Shown here piece by piece: positions 20,830 through 30,604 of a DNA stretch of 64,000 nucleotides. The notes under the pieces are model-generated. The model made no database searches. It was given only the letters and a program-made list of their open reading frames with translations, and was not told the origin of the DNA. Every line of letters begins with the position of its first letter. Position 1 is the first letter of the stretch. Location: NCBI GenBank assembly GCA_963805945.1, contig CAWDVP010000003.1:64001-128000 (forward strand). Direction: 5' to 3'. This DNA is from Vulcanimicrobiota bacterium (lineage in GTDB: Bacteria > Vulcanimicrobiota > Vulcanimicrobiia > Eremiobacterales > Eremiobacteraceae). The translations under genes were made by a program, and so were the position numbers.

Positions 20830-21781
20830 GTGCCTAAACTGACGATGCGTTTGCTCTTGGCCGCCCTGTCCGTGAGCGGCGCTCGCGGGTTGCTATAAGA
20901 ACCCGACCATCGCCTTGCCACCGCCGGCCCCGGCGCGGTTCTTCGTGGCGGATCTCAACAACGGTTTGGTGGTGTTCACGCAGCCGATCACCTCGTCGTC
21001 GACGCCGAGTTTGACGATTCCCGGCGCGGGCACCGCTGGAGTCGCGTTTGATTCCATGCAGAATGTCTACGTCGTCAAACGCTTTCTCGAACACGATAGC
21101 GGTCTACAAATCTCCCGTGAGCGCGTCAAGCACGCCGTTCCTGACCATCGGGCCGATCACAGGCGCGGCTGACATCGAAGGCTTGGCGTTCGACTCGACC
21201 GGCGCGTTGTGGATCGCAGATGAAAGGAGACGAGTTCGGTGTACCAACTCGCCCCGCCGTTCGCTGCGGGCGCTCAGCTGCCGACCAAGGCGCTCACCGG
21301 CTTCCCCTTCGGCCCCGTCGGCGTTGTCTTCGACCGCGCGGGGGAGATGCTGGCGCCTTCGTTCGGCTTCGCACACCGTCACCGTGCTCCGAGCCGCCGT
21401 TCAACAACGGTGCGATCACGCCGGCAGCGACCATGACGATGCCATTGTCGGCCGGCGGCATCGGTATCGACACTGAAGGACGATCTCGTGGTCGGACAGC
21501 AGAACGGCAGTCTGGCTGTCGTGAAACCTCCCTTCGCGACCGGCGTCACGCCGTCGTTCATCATCGCACCGACGACCATCAACGCTGCTCAGGCGACGGA
21601 GGCGTTGAACTCGACTTTCGATTCCGCCGGCAACCTGTGGACGACCTACGGCGGCGATGACGGCTTCCCCGGACAAGCGGGCGTCGCGGAGTACGCGCAG
21701 CCGTTCAGCTGCTGGGAGCCTGGCGCAGCTCGGAATCTTCGCGGGCTTGGGCTTCCCGTTCTCGTGGCAGTCGGCCCATAA
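20830..21781 (+). CDS. beta-propeller lipoprotein, paralogue 2 (several frameshifts; sequence error or pseudogene)
   Basis: MPKLTMRLLL...LAGCYKNPTIALPPPAP; colinear with 21920..22858 across frames. Confidence 0.75.
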
Positions 21782-21919
21782 AGTTGCCGAGAGCCCAGTA
21801 TAAAGCGGCCGAGATAAAGTAGGAGTGAAAGGAAGGGATAGAGTGGAAAGAACGGCCGTGATCTTCTACGGCCGCACTAATTTATTACCGGCCCGACCGT
21901 ATGATGAGGAGACAACCAC

Positions 21920-22858
21920 GTGCCTAAGCTGACAATGCGTTTGCTCTTGGTTGCGCTGTCCGTGGCCGCGCTCGCGGGGTGCTATAAGAACCCGACCATC
22001 GCGCTCCCGCCGCCTGCGCCGGCACGGCTCTACGTGGCAGATTTCTTCAACGGCTTGTTGGTCTACACGCAGCCCATCACTTCGACGTCGATGCCAAGCA
22101 TCACGATTCCCGGAGCGAGCACCGGCGTCGCATTTGATGCCGCCCAGAATCTCTACGTCGCCGATTACAACCTGAACACGATCGCGGTCTACAAGTCGCC
22201 TATCACGGCGTCGAGCACGCCGTTCATGACGATCGGACCGATCACCGGCGCCTCCCACCTCGAGGGGTTGACGTTCGACAAGAGCGGCGGCTTATACATC
22301 GCCGATGAGACCGGCGACGAGGTCTTGTATCTCGCGCCGCCTTTCGCCCCGGGCGCGCAGCTACCGACAAAGACGATCACCGGCATGCCGTTCGGCCCCA
22401 CCGTGGTCGTGTTCGACTCGGCCGGCAACATGCTGACGCCGTCGTACGGCGCCGCCAAGGTCACCATCTTCAGGCCGCCCTTCGTCAATGGCGCGAACAC
22501 GCCGGTCGGATCCATGAAGATGCCGTTCAACTGCAGCGGTATCGGCATCGATCTGAAGGACGACCTCGTGGTCGGCCAAGACAATGGCAGTCTCGAGGTC
22601 GTCAAACCGCCTTTCGCCACCGGCGTCCTGCCGTCGTTCAGCATCGCGCCGACGTTCATCAACGGCACGCAGGCGACTGAAGGGATCAGCTCGACCTTCG
22701 ATTCCGCGGGCAATCTGTGGCAGACCTTCGGCGGCCATGGCGCGCCTGCGAACACCGGCGTGGCGGAGTTCGCGCAGCCATTCAGCGGCAGTACGCTGGC
22801 ACTTCTCGGGTTCAGAGGGGGCATGGGCTTCCCGTTCGGGATCGCATTCGGCCCCTAG
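21920..22858 (+). CDS. beta-propeller lipoprotein, paralogue 3
   Basis: LAGCYKNPTIALPPPAP; blade repeats; ends FGIAFGP. Confidence 0.82.
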   Translation: MPKLTMRLLLVALSVAALAGCYKNPTIALPPPAPARLYVADFFNGLLVYTQPITSTSMPSITIPGASTGVAFDAAQNLYVADYNLNTIAVYKSPITASSTPFMTIGPITGASHLEGLTFDKSGGLYIADETGDEVLYLAPPFAPGAQLPTKTITGMPFGPTVVVFDSAGNMLTPSYGAAKVTIFRPPFVNGANTPVGSMKMPFNCSGIGIDLKDDLVVGQDNGSLEVVKPPFATGVLPSFSIAPTFINGTQATEGISSTFDSAGNLWQTFGGHGAPANTGVAEFAQPFSGSTLALLGFRGGMGFPFGIAFGP

Positions 22859-22877
22859 GCTGACGACGGCCCAGCAG

Positions 22878-22910
22878 AAGCGGCCGCGGTTTTCGCGGCC
22901 GTTTTTCTTC
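22878..22910 (+). terminator. intrinsic terminator
   Basis: GCGGCCGCG-GTTTT-CGCGGCCGT followed by a T-run. Confidence 0.75.
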
Positions 22911-22999
22911 TGAACAGGGGGTCGGCCCGCCCGGCCGCGAACGCCAAACACCGCAAACTAGACTGTTCCTCGCTCGGCCGCATGATGAGGAGTCAACAC

Positions 23000-23941
23000 G
23001 TGCCTAAGCTGACACTGCGTTTGCTCTTGGTCGCCCTCTCCGTCACCGCGCTCGCGGGATGCTACAAGAACCCGACCATCGCATTGCCGCCACCGGCGCC
23101 GCCACGGCTCTATATCGCGGACTTCAACAAGGGCCTCGTGTCGTTCAATCAGCCTGCCGGGCCGACGAGTTCACCGCTTTTCACGCTCGTGTCAGGCTTA
23201 AACGATTCCGGCCTCGCCGTGGACGCGACCGGTAGGTTGTTCGTGTCGCATTATAATAGTTCGACGATCGACGTCTACACGCAACCGATCAGCGCGACGA
23301 GCGTGCCGAGCTTCACGATCGGACCAGTCGCGATCGGCAATATCTCCGGGATAAGCATCGATAAGGCCGGCAACCTGTGGGGCGCTTCTGAGGTTTCCCA
23401 CGAGCTGTTCCAGATCTCGCCGCCGTTCGCCGCCGGCCCGATCACGCCCGCATACTTCACGAGCGCGTCCTTTGCCGGACCGGTGGATGTCGCGTTCGAC
23501 AGCGCTGGCGATCTTCTCGTACCGCAATTCAACGGCTCCAATCTCCTGGTCTTCCGGCCGCCGTTCGCCTTCCCAGGTCCCAGTGTGCCTGCCGCGATCA
23601 TCACGCTTCCGACGAACGCCGCTGGGCTTGGCATCGACGTCAAGGACCATCTCATCGTGGGCCTCGTCGACGGCCGGCTAGCAATACTGAACCCCCCATT
23701 CGCCACAGGCAACGTGCCCGCTGGGTACATCGCGCCACCCACGATCAACGGCGGTCCTTCCGGTGAGCCATTACACTCGGCGTTTGACGCAAGCCTGAAC
23801 CTGTACGTTCCCTATGGCCAGTTTGGCGGTCCGAACGCCGGCCTGGCGGTATTCGCACCTCCATTCACGTCGGCTAGCCTCCCATTGTTCGTCTTGACCA
23901 ACGGGCTTAGCTGGCCGTTCGGAGTGGCCTTCGCCCAATAA
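23000..23941 (+). CDS. beta-propeller lipoprotein, paralogue 4
   Basis: MPKLTLRLLLVALSVTALAGCYKNPTIALPPPAP; blade repeats; ends FGVAFAQ. Confidence 0.82.
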   Translation: MPKLTLRLLLVALSVTALAGCYKNPTIALPPPAPPRLYIADFNKGLVSFNQPAGPTSSPLFTLVSGLNDSGLAVDATGRLFVSHYNSSTIDVYTQPISATSVPSFTIGPVAIGNISGISIDKAGNLWGASEVSHELFQISPPFAAGPITPAYFTSASFAGPVDVAFDSAGDLLVPQFNGSNLLVFRPPFAFPGPSVPAAIITLPTNAAGLGIDVKDHLIVGLVDGRLAILNPPFATGNVPAGYIAPPTINGGPSGEPLHSAFDASLNLYVPYGQFGGPNAGLAVFAPPFTSASLPLFVLTNGLSWPFGVAFAQ

Positions 23942-23961
23942 TCTCCAAGGTTCAGGGATTC

Positions 23962-23993
23962 GAGCCGCCGTGAGGTCACGGCGGCTTTTCTTT
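23962..23993 (+). terminator. intrinsic terminator
   Basis: GAGCCGCCGTGA-GG-TCACGGCGGCTT followed by TTCTTT. Confidence 0.75.
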
Positions 23994-24059
23994 CGTCGCG
24001 GGCCCTGGCCGACGGCGCGCGAGCGGGGTGGCGGGTCGCTGTGAGCGAAGCGCGGACCG

Positions 24060-24614
24060 GTGGAGCGGTTCGAAGTCGCGATCGTCGGCGGCGGCGTCGC
24101 AGGGTTATCGGCAGCTCTCTTTCTCGCGCGCGCCGGCGTTTCGGTCGCGGTCTTCGATCAGCATGAATCGAGTCTGTACCGCGTTTCGCGCGTGAACAAC
24201 TACCTCGGTTTTCCTGACGGCATACCAGGCGCCGAGCTGATCGAGCTGGGACGGCGCAACGCCGCCCGTTTCGGCGCCGTGCTGATCGACGAAGACGTCA
24301 GCGCGATCTCGAGCGCAGACGCGGGCTTCTCCATCCAAACGGTTCCACATTCATACGAGGCCGGCCATGCGCTCCTCGCGTCGAACAAGCGGACCGATAT
24401 CGCGCGATCGCTCGGTCTCGAGCTCGGCGGCCACGGCGCGAAATTCGTGAGCGTGGACGAACAAGGCCGGACCGCCGTCGATCGCTGCTATGCGGCCGGG
24501 CGCATCACGGGACTGCCCAGCCAGGCGATCGTGTCGGCCGGCGACGGCGCCCGCGTCGCGATCTCCATCATCCAGACCATCCGCGGCGGCTACTATGTCG
24601 ATCACGACACGTAG
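24060..24614 (+). CDS. short thioredoxin-reductase-like FAD oxidoreductase
   Basis: IVGGGVAGLSAA, NYLGFPDGI, YAAG, QAIVSAGDGA; lacks the NADPH domain. Confidence 0.8.
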   Translation: MERFEVAIVGGGVAGLSAALFLARAGVSVAVFDQHESSLYRVSRVNNYLGFPDGIPGAELIELGRRNAARFGAVLIDEDVSAISSADAGFSIQTVPHSYEAGHALLASNKRTDIARSLGLELGGHGAKFVSVDEQGRTAVDRCYAAGRITGLPSQAIVSAGDGARVAISIIQTIRGGYYVDHDT

Positions 24615-26964
24615 CAATCGCGCCGCCGTGGTGCGCACGATCCTCGCCGTGCTCTTCGGCATCGTGCTCGTCGTGCTGCTCGTCGCGGCTTGGTTCGTGC
24701 GCTCGTCGCTTCCCAAATTGGACGGCAAGTTCTCCGTCGCCGGCCTATCCGCGCCGGTCTATATCCGGCGTGACGAGCGCGGCACGCCGCATATCGAAGC
24801 GCAGACCATCGACGACGCGTTCTTCGCCGAGGGATTCGCGTGCGGGCAAGACCGGCTGTGGCAGATGGACACGGTGCGCCGGCGCGCGGAAGGCCGCGTG
24901 TCGGAGATCGTCGGACCCGCGACGCTCAAGAAGGACGAATACATCCGGACGCTCGGGCTGCCGGAAGCGGCCGAAGCCGACGTGCGCCTCCTCGACGCAC
25001 GCACGCGCGTCGCTCTGGAGGCGTATGCCGCCGGAGTGAATGCGGCCGCGGCGGCGCGACCATTGCCGCTCGAGTTCAGGCTGCTCGGCTACGGCTGGCA
25101 GCCCTGGACGGTCAAAGACTCGGTGGCCATCGGCAAGTTGATGTCGCAGACGCTGGACGACGACTGGTATTATCCCCAGCTGCGTGCGGCGTTCGTCCTC
25201 AAGTTCGGCCCGGCGGCGGCGGCCGCGCTCACGGACATGCAGATCCCGCACCTCGAGCGCTACATCCCGGGCTACGCTCCGAAACCCCTGAACCACACGC
25301 CCATCGCCGCCGTCGTTGAGCGGTCGAATCTATTCGACCGTCCAGTGGATCTCGCACAGCACGAGCCAGACACCGGTTCGAACAATTGGATCGTCGCAGG
25401 ACGCCGCACGTCGACCGGACGGCCGGTGCTCTCCAACGACACGCACCTCGGCACGACGCTTCCCAGCACCTGGTGGACCGCCGACGTCCATGGGGGCGCG
25501 TACCACGTCGCAGGCTTCACCTTGCCGGGGATCGCCGGCGTCGTGATCGGCCACAACGACCACATAGCGTGGGGCATCACCAGCGCGACCGAGGCCGTGC
25601 AAGACCTCTACATCGAGCGCTTCCGCAGCGCTACCTCCGACGAGTATCTCGCGAACGGCAGCTGGCGTAGAGCGCAGCATCGCACGGAGCGCATCGGCGT
25701 GCTCGGGCATCCTGACGTCATCCTCGACGTCCTCGTCACCCGGCACGGACCGATCGTCAAGCGCGAGGGCGCGCGCGGACTTGCGCTCGCATGGACCGCT
25801 TTGCGCGGGGGCAGATCTTCTAGGGCGCTGTTGGGCATCCAAACGGCGGCGGACTATCAGCAGTTCCGCGCTGCGCTCGCGGATTGGCTCAGCCCCGTCT
25901 CCAATTTCGGCTACGCGGATACCGCGGGGCACATCGGCTATCAGGATGCCGGCGCCGTGCCGCTGCGCGCGGACGGCGACGGCTCGCTGCCGGTGGAAGG
26001 CCAAGACGACCGCTTCGCATGGAAGGGCGATGTGCCGTACGACACGCTGCCGCACGCGCTCGATCCGCCGGGCGGCGTCCTCGCGACCGCCAACAACGCG
26101 CTCGTGCCGCCGTCGTTCCGGCCGAGTCTCTCACCGTATTTCGAGCCGCCATTCCGCGTCCATCGCATCTACGATCGCCTGCGCGCCATGCGCGGTGCGA
26201 CGCCGGAGGCGATCGGCTCGGTGCAAGGCGACATCTACGACTATCCGCATCAGCAGCTCGCTCGGGCGACGGAGCGCGCGCTCGCCACGTCGAGCGACCC
26301 GGCCATGCAGCGCATCGCGCGGCAGCTGCACGGGTGGGATGGCATGATGGACAGACGCTCTGGGATCCCTACGTTCATGATGGCAGAAGAAGCGGCGCTG
26401 GTGCGCGATCTGTACGAGCCGCGCATGGGGACCGCCGTCTTCGAGAGCTATGGGGCGAACTATTGGCCGATCGTGCCGATCCTGCGCGCGCTCGAGGGCG
26501 ACGACCGGCTGCGGTCGATCGGGCTGTCGCGCGGCTCGCTCACGAGCGCGATCGCTCGTGCCGCGGGCGAAGCAGCGACGGCCGTCAGCGCCACCGGGCC
26601 GCGCGGCCTCGATGGAGCGCGGGCGTGGGGGGTGGTCAACGCCGCGCTCTACCAGCATCCGCTGTCGGTGAAATGGCCGCTCGGCATATTGAGCGTGCCG
26701 CCCGTGCCGCAGCCGGGCAGCGGCTTCGCGGTCTACGCGGGCAAGCCGGAGCACGGCCCGTCGGAGCGGCTCGTCGTCGACATGTCGGATTTCGACAACA
26801 CCTCGATGCTGCTCACCCTCGGCGAGTCAGGCCAGTACAGCGATCCGAATTATGACGACGAGCTCGAGGATTTCGCGCACGTGCGCTGGTCGCCGATGCC
26901 GTTCTCGCAACAGGCCGTGCTAGCGGCGGCGAAGCACACGCTCGTGCTCGAGCCAGGGCCCTAG
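24595..26964 (+). CDS. penicillin acylase family Ntn-hydrolase (peptidase S45)
   Basis: N-terminal TM, RDERGTPHI, QDRLWQMD, GSNNW nucleophile, NDTHL, GESGQ. Confidence 0.9.
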   Translation: MSITTRSNRAAVVRTILAVLFGIVLVVLLVAAWFVRSSLPKLDGKFSVAGLSAPVYIRRDERGTPHIEAQTIDDAFFAEGFACGQDRLWQMDTVRRRAEGRVSEIVGPATLKKDEYIRTLGLPEAAEADVRLLDARTRVALEAYAAGVNAAAAARPLPLEFRLLGYGWQPWTVKDSVAIGKLMSQTLDDDWYYPQLRAAFVLKFGPAAAAALTDMQIPHLERYIPGYAPKPLNHTPIAAVVERSNLFDRPVDLAQHEPDTGSNNWIVAGRRTSTGRPVLSNDTHLGTTLPSTWWTADVHGGAYHVAGFTLPGIAGVVIGHNDHIAWGITSATEAVQDLYIERFRSATSDEYLANGSWRRAQHRTERIGVLGHPDVILDVLVTRHGPIVKREGARGLALAWTALRGGRSSRALLGIQTAADYQQFRAALADWLSPVSNFGYADTAGHIGYQDAGAVPLRADGDGSLPVEGQDDRFAWKGDVPYDTLPHALDPPGGVLATANNALVPPSFRPSLSPYFEPPFRVHRIYDRLRAMRGATPEAIGSVQGDIYDYPHQQLARATERALATSSDPAMQRIARQLHGWDGMMDRRSGIPTFMMAEEAALVRDLYEPRMGTAVFESYGANYWPIVPILRALEGDDRLRSIGLSRGSLTSAIARAAGEAATAVSATGPRGLDGARAWGVVNAALYQHPLSVKWPLGILSVPPVPQPGSGFAVYAGKPEHGPSERLVVDMSDFDNTSMLLTLGESGQYSDPNYDDELEDFAHVRWSPMPFSQQAVLAAAKHTLVLEPGP
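25317..25340 (+). repeat. family B REP-like hairpin inside the acylase CDS
   Basis: TGAGCGGTCGAATCTATTCGACCG, translated as part of ERSNLFDR. Confidence 0.75.
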
Positions 26965-26969
26965 GTGGG

Positions 26970-27419
26970 TCACACGAGTTTGACCAAATCCACCATGAGC
27001 AGCGGGCGGCCGGCCACGACGTCGGGCTCCTCGTTGTCGAGCTCGTACCCGAGCGACGTGAAGAAGGACTGCGCCTCCGAGTGTTTTTCGACCTGGACGA
27101 ACACGCCGGCTGCGCCGGCACCGCGAGCGCCGGCTTCGACGGCGTTGACGAGCGCGCGGCCCGCGCCCCGTCCGCGCGCGGTCGCGACGACCGCGATGCG
27201 AAAGAGCCAGAGAACAGCGCCTTGCGATTTGAACATGGCGGTGCCGCGATCGCCCTGTCCGTCAGCCACGATGAACGCACCCGCGTCTTCGGATACCAAG
27301 AAAGCGCGCACGTCTTCGAGCGTCGCTTCGACGGGCGCGAGCGTCCCTTCGCCGCCGACTTGTGCGAGGATGTCGTGGATCGTCTGAGCGTCGTCGACGC
27401 CCGCGCGGCGCAAGCGCAT
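26970..27419 (-). CDS. GNAT family N-acetyltransferase
   Basis: AVVATARGRGAGRAL acetyl-CoA motif, FFTSLGY. Confidence 0.8.
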   Translation of the reverse strand: MRLRRAGVDDAQTIHDILAQVGGEGTLAPVEATLEDVRAFLVSEDAGAFIVADGQGDRGTAMFKSQGAVLWLFRIAVVATARGRGAGRALVNAVEAGARGAGAAGVFVQVEKHSEAQSFFTSLGYELDNEEPDVVAGRPLLMVDLVKLV

Positions 27420-27436
27420 GCCGGAGGAGTACGCCG

Positions 27437-27790
27437 GTGATGCGGCTGCGCCTGCGCGTCATGGTCGCCGCGTTCAATCATGTCGTCGCGGACTACACGC
27501 TCGCTCGCCTCGAGATCACGTCCGCGCACCCGCGCATGACGGTGCCGCCGGTGATCGACCGGCTCGGGCTGCACGCTCGGCCCGACGATGCGGGGCACGT
27601 ATGGCGCGTCGCGATCCGCCAGCTGCGCGTCGCGGAGCGCTACGTCAAGACCGGCGCGAGCGCCGTCGCCCGCCGCCACGAGGCGTGGTCGGCGCTCACC
27701 GCCGCCTTCGATCAATTGATGCGCTACGCGTCGGGCATCGAGACGCTGCGCACGACGGCGGCGCGCGCGCGGCGCAGACCGCGCTCGTGA
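27437..27790 (+). CDS. hypothetical protein
   Basis: GGAGGAG RBS; stop overlaps the next GTG (GTGA). Confidence 0.5.
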   Translation: MMRLRLRVMVAAFNHVVADYTLARLEITSAHPRMTVPPVIDRLGLHARPDDAGHVWRVAIRQLRVAERYVKTGASAVARRHEAWSALTAAFDQLMRYASGIETLRTTAARARRRPRS

Positions 27791-28647
27791 TCGAGCGCGT
27801 CGCGGTCATCGGCGCCGGCACGATGGGCAACGGCATCGCCCATAGTCTGGCGCTTGGCGACTATTCCGTCACGCTGATCGACGCGGCTCGGGTCGGACTC
27901 GAACGCGGGCTGGCGACGATCGACGCCAACCTGCGAGGCGGGGTCGAGCGCGGCAAGCTCACCGCGCAGGCTGCGGCGGAGGCGCGCGCCCGCATCGCCT
28001 CGTCCGATGATCTGGCGAGCGCTGCGAGCGCGCAATTGGTGATCGAAGCGGTGCCCGAGGATCTCGGGCTCAAGCACACGGTGTTCCAGGAGCTCGAACA
28101 GGCCTGTCCGCCCGACACGATCTTCGCCACCAACACCTCCGCGCTGTCGATCACCGAGATCGCCTCCGGCCTCAAAGATCCTTCGCGCGTGATCGGCATG
28201 CATTACTTCAACCCGGCGCACATCATGAAGCTCGTGGAGATCGTGCGCGGTTTGGAGACCTCCAAGCGCGCGGTCGAGGTCGCGACCGAGGTCGCGGTGC
28301 GCAGCGGCAAAGAGACGGTGCTCATCGACGAGGCGCCGGGCTTCGCGACGAGCCGCATCAACGCGCTCATAGGCAACGAGGCCTTCTACATGCTGCAGGA
28401 GGGCGTCGCGTCGGCGCGCGACATCGACAAGGCCCTCAAACTTGGGCTCAACCATCCGATGGGGCCGTTCGAGATGATCGATCTCGTCGGCCTCGACACG
28501 CGACTCCAAGTGCTGGAATACCTGCATAAGATGCTGGGCGAGAAGTACCGGCCATGCCCGCTGCTGGTGAAGTACGTCAAGGCCGGCCGCCTCGGGCGCA
28601 AGGTCGGCCGCGGCGTCTACGAGTACCCAGATATGAAACCTCTGTAG
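27787..28647 (+). CDS. 3-hydroxyacyl-CoA dehydrogenase (PaaH/Hbd-like)
   Basis: VIGAGTMGNGIA, IEAVPE, TNTS, GMHYFNP, HPMGPF, GRLGRKVGRGVY. Confidence 0.92.
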   Translation: MIERVAVIGAGTMGNGIAHSLALGDYSVTLIDAARVGLERGLATIDANLRGGVERGKLTAQAAAEARARIASSDDLASAASAQLVIEAVPEDLGLKHTVFQELEQACPPDTIFATNTSALSITEIASGLKDPSRVIGMHYFNPAHIMKLVEIVRGLETSKRAVEVATEVAVRSGKETVLIDEAPGFATSRINALIGNEAFYMLQEGVASARDIDKALKLGLNHPMGPFEMIDLVGLDTRLQVLEYLHKMLGEKYRPCPLLVKYVKAGRLGRKVGRGVYEYPDMKPL

Positions 28648-28702
28648 GGGTCGACTTTAGGTCGACCCAACGAGAAGGTCCGACCTAAAGGTCGGACCCT
28701 AC
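28644..28702. repeat. inverted REP doublet, family A
   Basis: GTAGGGGTCGACTTTAGGTCGACCC at 28644-28668 and the reverse complement of GTAGGGTCCGACCTTTAGGTCGGACC at 28677-28702. Confidence 0.9.
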
Positions 28703-29697
28703 ATGTGCTTGTAGCGCTTGATCCCGTCGGCAGAGTCGACGGTGATCTCGCCCCGCAGACGCAAGTACTCCAAGTGCGCCACGATCTCGACCAGCGCGAA
28801 GCGCACCTCGTGCGTCGAGAGCTTGTCGCCCCAGAAGTGCTGCACGATGTCAAAACCGGTCGCGCCGCCGCCGCCGGCGGCGACGACGCGCCCCGTGACG
28901 CCTTCCAACCGCTGTTGGTGATGCGCGCGGAACTGGCCCACGCGCGCAGGCAGCGTCGCGTAGGCCTCGCCGTGCCCGGGCAGTACGGTGTATCCCGCTT
29001 CCTTGTCGACACGCCCGAGCGACCACAGGAAATCCTCGAGCGGATTGGGGCGGCATTCAGGATACAGGCCGATGTTGGGCGTGATGTTCGGCAGCAGTTG
29101 ATCGCCGCAGAAGATCACCTTCGCGTCGTCGTCGATCAAGATGTAATGGAAATCGCTGTGGCCGGGCGTCCAAAGGGCGCGCAGCCGGCGCAGCCCGGCC
29201 TGGACGACGTCGCCATCGGCGATCGGCTCGAAGCGCTCCGGCAACGACACGACGCTGCGCAGCATGCCGACCGCCTTGACGATGCCCTCGGCGACTTCGC
29301 CGCTCGCGCCGTGCTCGCGCGCGTACGAGCTCCAATCGCTGAGCGGCTCGGCGCCCCATATGTAGCGCGCGCGCCGCTCCTCGTCCGGCATCAAAAAGAT
29401 GCGCGAGCCCGCGCGCGCGCGGCGGCCGGACATGCCGATGTGGTCGGGGTGCATATGGGTGACGTAGACGCGTTCGATGTCTTTTTCGGCGATGCCGATC
29501 GCCGTGAGCGCTGCATCGAAGGCGGCGCGACCGTCGGGCGTGTCGATGCCGGCGTCGATGAGCGTGTAGCCATCCGAATTGCGCAGCAGATAGAGATTGA
29601 CCTCGCGCAGGCGGAACGGCAACGGGATGCGGATGCGCCAGAGATCGTCGGCGAGCTTTTCGGGCGGTCGAGGCTTGGACGCGGGGTCTTGCGTCAT
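28699..29697 (-). CDS. MBL-fold metallo-hydrolase
   Basis: THMHPDHIG, TPGHS, GDQLL, PGHG; start MTQDP overlaps the paaX stop. Confidence 0.88.
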   Translation of the reverse strand: MTQDPASKPRPPEKLADDLWRIRIPLPFRLREVNLYLLRNSDGYTLIDAGIDTPDGRAAFDAALTAIGIAEKDIERVYVTHMHPDHIGMSGRRARAGSRIFLMPDEERRARYIWGAEPLSDWSSYAREHGASGEVAEGIVKAVGMLRSVVSLPERFEPIADGDVVQAGLRRLRALWTPGHSDFHYILIDDDAKVIFCGDQLLPNITPNIGLYPECRPNPLEDFLWSLGRVDKEAGYTVLPGHGEAYATLPARVGQFRAHHQQRLEGVTGRVVAAGGGGATGFDIVQHFWGDKLSTHEVRFALVEIVAHLEYLRLRGEITVDSADGIKRYKHM

Positions 29698-30593
29698 CGC
29701 GTCGACCCGGTCGAATGAATTCGACCGCTCCATGCGCTCTGCAGGGCGGACGCGCTGAAGAAACGCAACGCCCCATCGGTGAGCAAGCCGTGATAGTCGT
29801 CGAAGAGCGCGCGGGTTCGCGCGCCGATCCAATCGCGCGGCAGCAGCTCAGCGGGCAGATCAGGATCGACGAAAGGCAGACGGCGGAAGTCGTGCGTGAG
29901 GGCGAAGCGGTGCACGAAGGCCGCCGCGTCGGGCAGCGCGCGCTTGCGCCGGCGCAATGTGTCCCTGCGATAGAGCGGCGCGTAGTTCTTGATGAAAGAG
30001 AGATGCTGGCGTGCGATGCCCGGCATATCCCAACAGCGGCGCGCCATCTCCTGCGGCGTCACCGGGCCGTCGAAACGCGCGGTGAAGACGCGCGCGAAGT
30101 CGGCGACCCCATGGTCGGCGACGAGCGCCTTCGCTTCGGCCGCGACATCGCGCGGGCTCACATACGTGCCGCCGCCCAGCGGACCGAAGCCGAGCCACGC
30201 CAACTGCTTGCGCAGGCGATCGCGGTGCGCGCGCTTGACTTCCGGAATGGTGTAGGTCAGGACGCACCACGCGCCGTTCCAGCGCTGCGTGCGCGGTTCG
30301 TAGATGCGCCGCGTCCCCGCCTGGATGAGCGAACGGCCGCGCTGCGTGAGCGCGTAGAACGAGCGGTTGCTCTGGCGGCGTGCGGCGATCCAGCCGTCCC
30401 GCGCCAGCCGAGCCACCGCGGATCGCACCGCGCCTTCCGAGATGCCGAGGCGCGCGCCGAGCAGCACGAGGCTGCCCAACCACAGATCGACGCCGCGCGG
30501 ATACGCGTAGTCGCCGTAGAGCGTGAAGAGCATCGAGCGCGGCCGCAACGGGAACAGTCCCGGAAACGGTTCGCGGGGGGTCATCGCCGGCAT
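29694..30593 (-). CDS. paaX: PaaX family transcriptional regulator
   Basis: RSMLFTLYGDY, AVRSAVARL, WNGAW, WLGFG, DPDLPAELLPRDW. Confidence 0.9.
   Translation of the reverse strand: MPAMTPREPFPGLFPLRPRSMLFTLYGDYAYPRGVDLWLGSLVLLGARLGISEGAVRSAVARLARDGWIAARRQSNRSFYALTQRGRSLIQAGTRRIYEPRTQRWNGAWCVLTYTIPEVKRAHRDRLRKQLAWLGFGPLGGGTYVSPRDVAAEAKALVADHGVADFARVFTARFDGPVTPQEMARRCWDMPGIARQHLSFIKNYAPLYRRDTLRRRKRALPDAAAFVHRFALTHDFRRLPFVDPDLPAELLPRDWIGARTRALFDDYHGLLTDGALRFFSASALQSAWSGRIHSTGSTR
29708..29731 (-). repeat. family B REP-like hairpin in the paaX 3' end
   Basis: GGAGCGGTCGAATTCATTCGACCG on the minus strand. Confidence 0.75.
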
Positions 30594-30604
30594 CGCGTGG
30601 AACC

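Noticed and set aside
19648..23941. Diversity-generating retroelement or invertase shuffling behind the lipoprotein variation
   Set aside because: No reverse transcriptase, recombinase or TR/VR pair seen in the window
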